NCBI RefSeq assembly: GCF_009914755.1
Contig: NC_060939.1
DNA: 64,000 nt
Source of the DNA: the human T2T-CHM13v2.0 reference genome, Homo sapiens
Strand: one strand, 5' to 3'
Part shown: one piece after another, positions 61,828 to 64,000 of the stretch
Layout: every line of letters begins with the position of its first letter
Position numbering within the stretch: the stretch's first letter is position 1
The notes under the pieces: model-generated
The model's input: the letters and a program-made list of their open reading frames with translations, nothing else
Told to the model about the DNA's origin: nothing
The model's database searches: none
Program-made: the position numbers and the translations under genes

Positions 61828-62700
61828 TGTATGCTGATGACTCACTTCTCCAGTCCTATCTCCCTGCTAAACTCCAGATCCAAGTAATGAACGGCTTACT
61901 GATATTTCTACTCAGATGTATTTAAAGTACCTATGTATGCATAGGTACTTTAAATTTCCTTGTCCAAAGTTAAACTAACATTGTCTCCCATCTGCTCATC
62001 TTTCTCATTCCCCCCTCAGTGAATGCCACCACCTTCATTCAGCTTCCCAAGTTGAAATCTGAGTTACCCACATCTCCTATCTCTCCCACACACCCCTGCT
62101 GTTTCTATCTATCTCCTAAATCTCTCTCTTATCTGTTCACTTTTCTTAATCCCCTTTGCTTTACTCCAGGCCACCATCATCTCCTCCCTAGACTATTGTA
62201 ACAAAATCTGAACTGTTTTTTTTTTTTTTTTGGTCTCGACTTCTTCCAAACTACACTCCAAGAAGCAGCCTCAGTGTTCCCTCTAAAATGCAAATCTGAG
62301 GTCAAATCCCACCTGTAGGCGTGGCTGACTCCTATCTACCTTCAGGTCTCTGTTTAGAGGCCAAAGCTTCTCTAATTCTCCTTCTCCCACCCCCACACAC
62401 AATTTAGTCAAGTTAGATGCTCTTACTAAGTTTTCCCACACTCCTTATCTTTCCTTACCATAACAGTCTTTACACTTCTTTGTTATAATTGTTTACCCTT
62501 TCTGCTAGACTGGGAACTTTGTTTATCTGGCTCATCACTGTCTTCCCTTAACATAAGCCAGGACCAGAGACACAGGATGTACTTTATAAATATTAAATGA
62601 ATGAACCAATAATTTTGTTATCCCAGCATCCAGCACAATACTTGGTGAAAACAGGTCCTCAATAATTTTTGCTGAATTAATAGATTGTTGTTGAACTAAA
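61828..62700 (+). mobile_element. L2 3' part (YADD to tail)
   Basis: TATGCTGATGAC (YADD) at 61830-61841; taaaatgcaaatctga; tail aaatgaatgaa. Confidence 0.8.
61920..61955. repeat. perfect inverted repeat, 16-bp arms with 4-nt loop
   Basis: ATTTAAAGTACCTATG-TATG-CATAGGTACTTTAAAT. Confidence 0.95.
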
Positions 62701-64000
62701 GATATGTGATCAACTAAGCAACATGTGACAAGCAAAATTAATATTGAGCATGCTTGTACTTAAAAAGGAGCACACATCCTTTTTAATTACGCTTAATCAG
62801 AGATGGCTCCCTAGAGCAGGTGGCTTCTGAAGGAGAACGGGAGAAAATAAAAATTCTTACCTAGTGGAATGTAAAGGGCAAATATAAAAATAACAATCTC
62901 TGTGCAGAAGAAAATCACTTTCTTAAGACTGGGGCAACTTCTAGTTGAAGTCTGCTGTGACTAGGAAGTGTTCTATCCTGAGATCTGCTAGTCAGGGGAC
63001 TAGCTTTCTTCTTCTCAACCTCGGACACTGGGATTCAGCCAGGGAATCAGCTGCAGAATCTCATTACTGCCAGCAGTTAAACACTGAATTGTACGTCCTT
63101 TCTAATGTTGAAAAAAAAATCCTTTTACTATAGAGAATAAGATTCCTACCAAGTTTTATATTCATAGGCTTTAATATTTCATGTAATTTTTATATCAAAA
63201 TACATTAGCATAAATTTCACAAGATATCAGTCTAGTTATTTTTGGCCTGCATTTCGATAACTTTTACAGACACACAATGGCCACTCTGTTTTCTTTGCTC
63301 TAAAGTTTCTTTGTGCACTTATTCCTTGAACATGGGCCTCATGTTCTAACTTTACTTAGATGAAAAAACTGTTAATTTCACCAGTGGTTTAATATCTCTT
63401 CATAGATTGATAGTTTAGACAACATAAAAGTGTTGATTAGCAGTATACGTGCAGGCTGAAGTATTTGTTGAAAATCTTGTTGGGAGAATAAGAATGATAA
63501 AAGAGATGCCTAAGAAAATCTTTTCTCAGATATGCTTTACTAAACAAAGAACAGGTTAATTACTCAATGATGATTTTTAAAGGGCATGTCGACAGTGTCA
63601 GTGACTTTGAAACAAAGTAAAGGAGCTGAATTCAAGTGTGTGCCTGAGTTACTTAACTATCTTGAACTGATTTAGGATCTGTAGCTTTAATCTGGGGCTC
63701 CATCTACTAGTGGTTTAATAGAGCGGGTTTTATTAAAATTGTGATTTAATCAGAAGCCAGAAATATACAACTGTTTTAAACTTTTTGATATTAACCTGAT
63801 ATACACAGTGGGCTGATAAATTAGTGAGACAGTTCATATAAGTCATATATGAAAATCAGTCTGTTATTAGCCACAACTCATGTATTTTTCAAAACTTGGA
63901 GATAAATGTAAGCTTCATCTCAGAAGTCATATTACACGTTATAGGTTTAATATAATGAAATTTTTCCAGACTTAGAAAAGATATCAGGAAATTAACATTT

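Overview
Primate (very likely human) nuclear DNA with no supportable protein-coding gene, so an intergenic or deep-intronic region. It is dominated by interspersed repeats: about 29 Alu-family pieces (FAM/monomers, AluJ, AluS, AluY, most with readable TSDs), L1 fragments (L1MA/MB/MC/ME-like and a truncated L1PA), L2, CR1 and MIR fossils, MaLR/ERVL/ERV1 solo LTRs, and DNA transposons (MER44A, a MER5 cluster, MER91A, MER30 and two Tc2/pogo-type Kanga-like elements with transposase remnants). The ORFs in the track are repeat-derived or chance ORFs. Most notable: (1) a MER41-related LTR retaining three perfect STAT/GAS sites (two in tandem) plus a CArG box; (2) an exact 41-bp local templated insertion inside an old L1; (3) a nest of L2 > pogo/Tc2 transposon > Alu/L1PA/Alu; (4) two perfect short palindromes; (5) splice and promoter signals that could outline an unannotated lncRNA. 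Subfamily names come from recalled consensus features, not a database run, and boundaries of old repeats are approximate. I found no convincing novel biological system.
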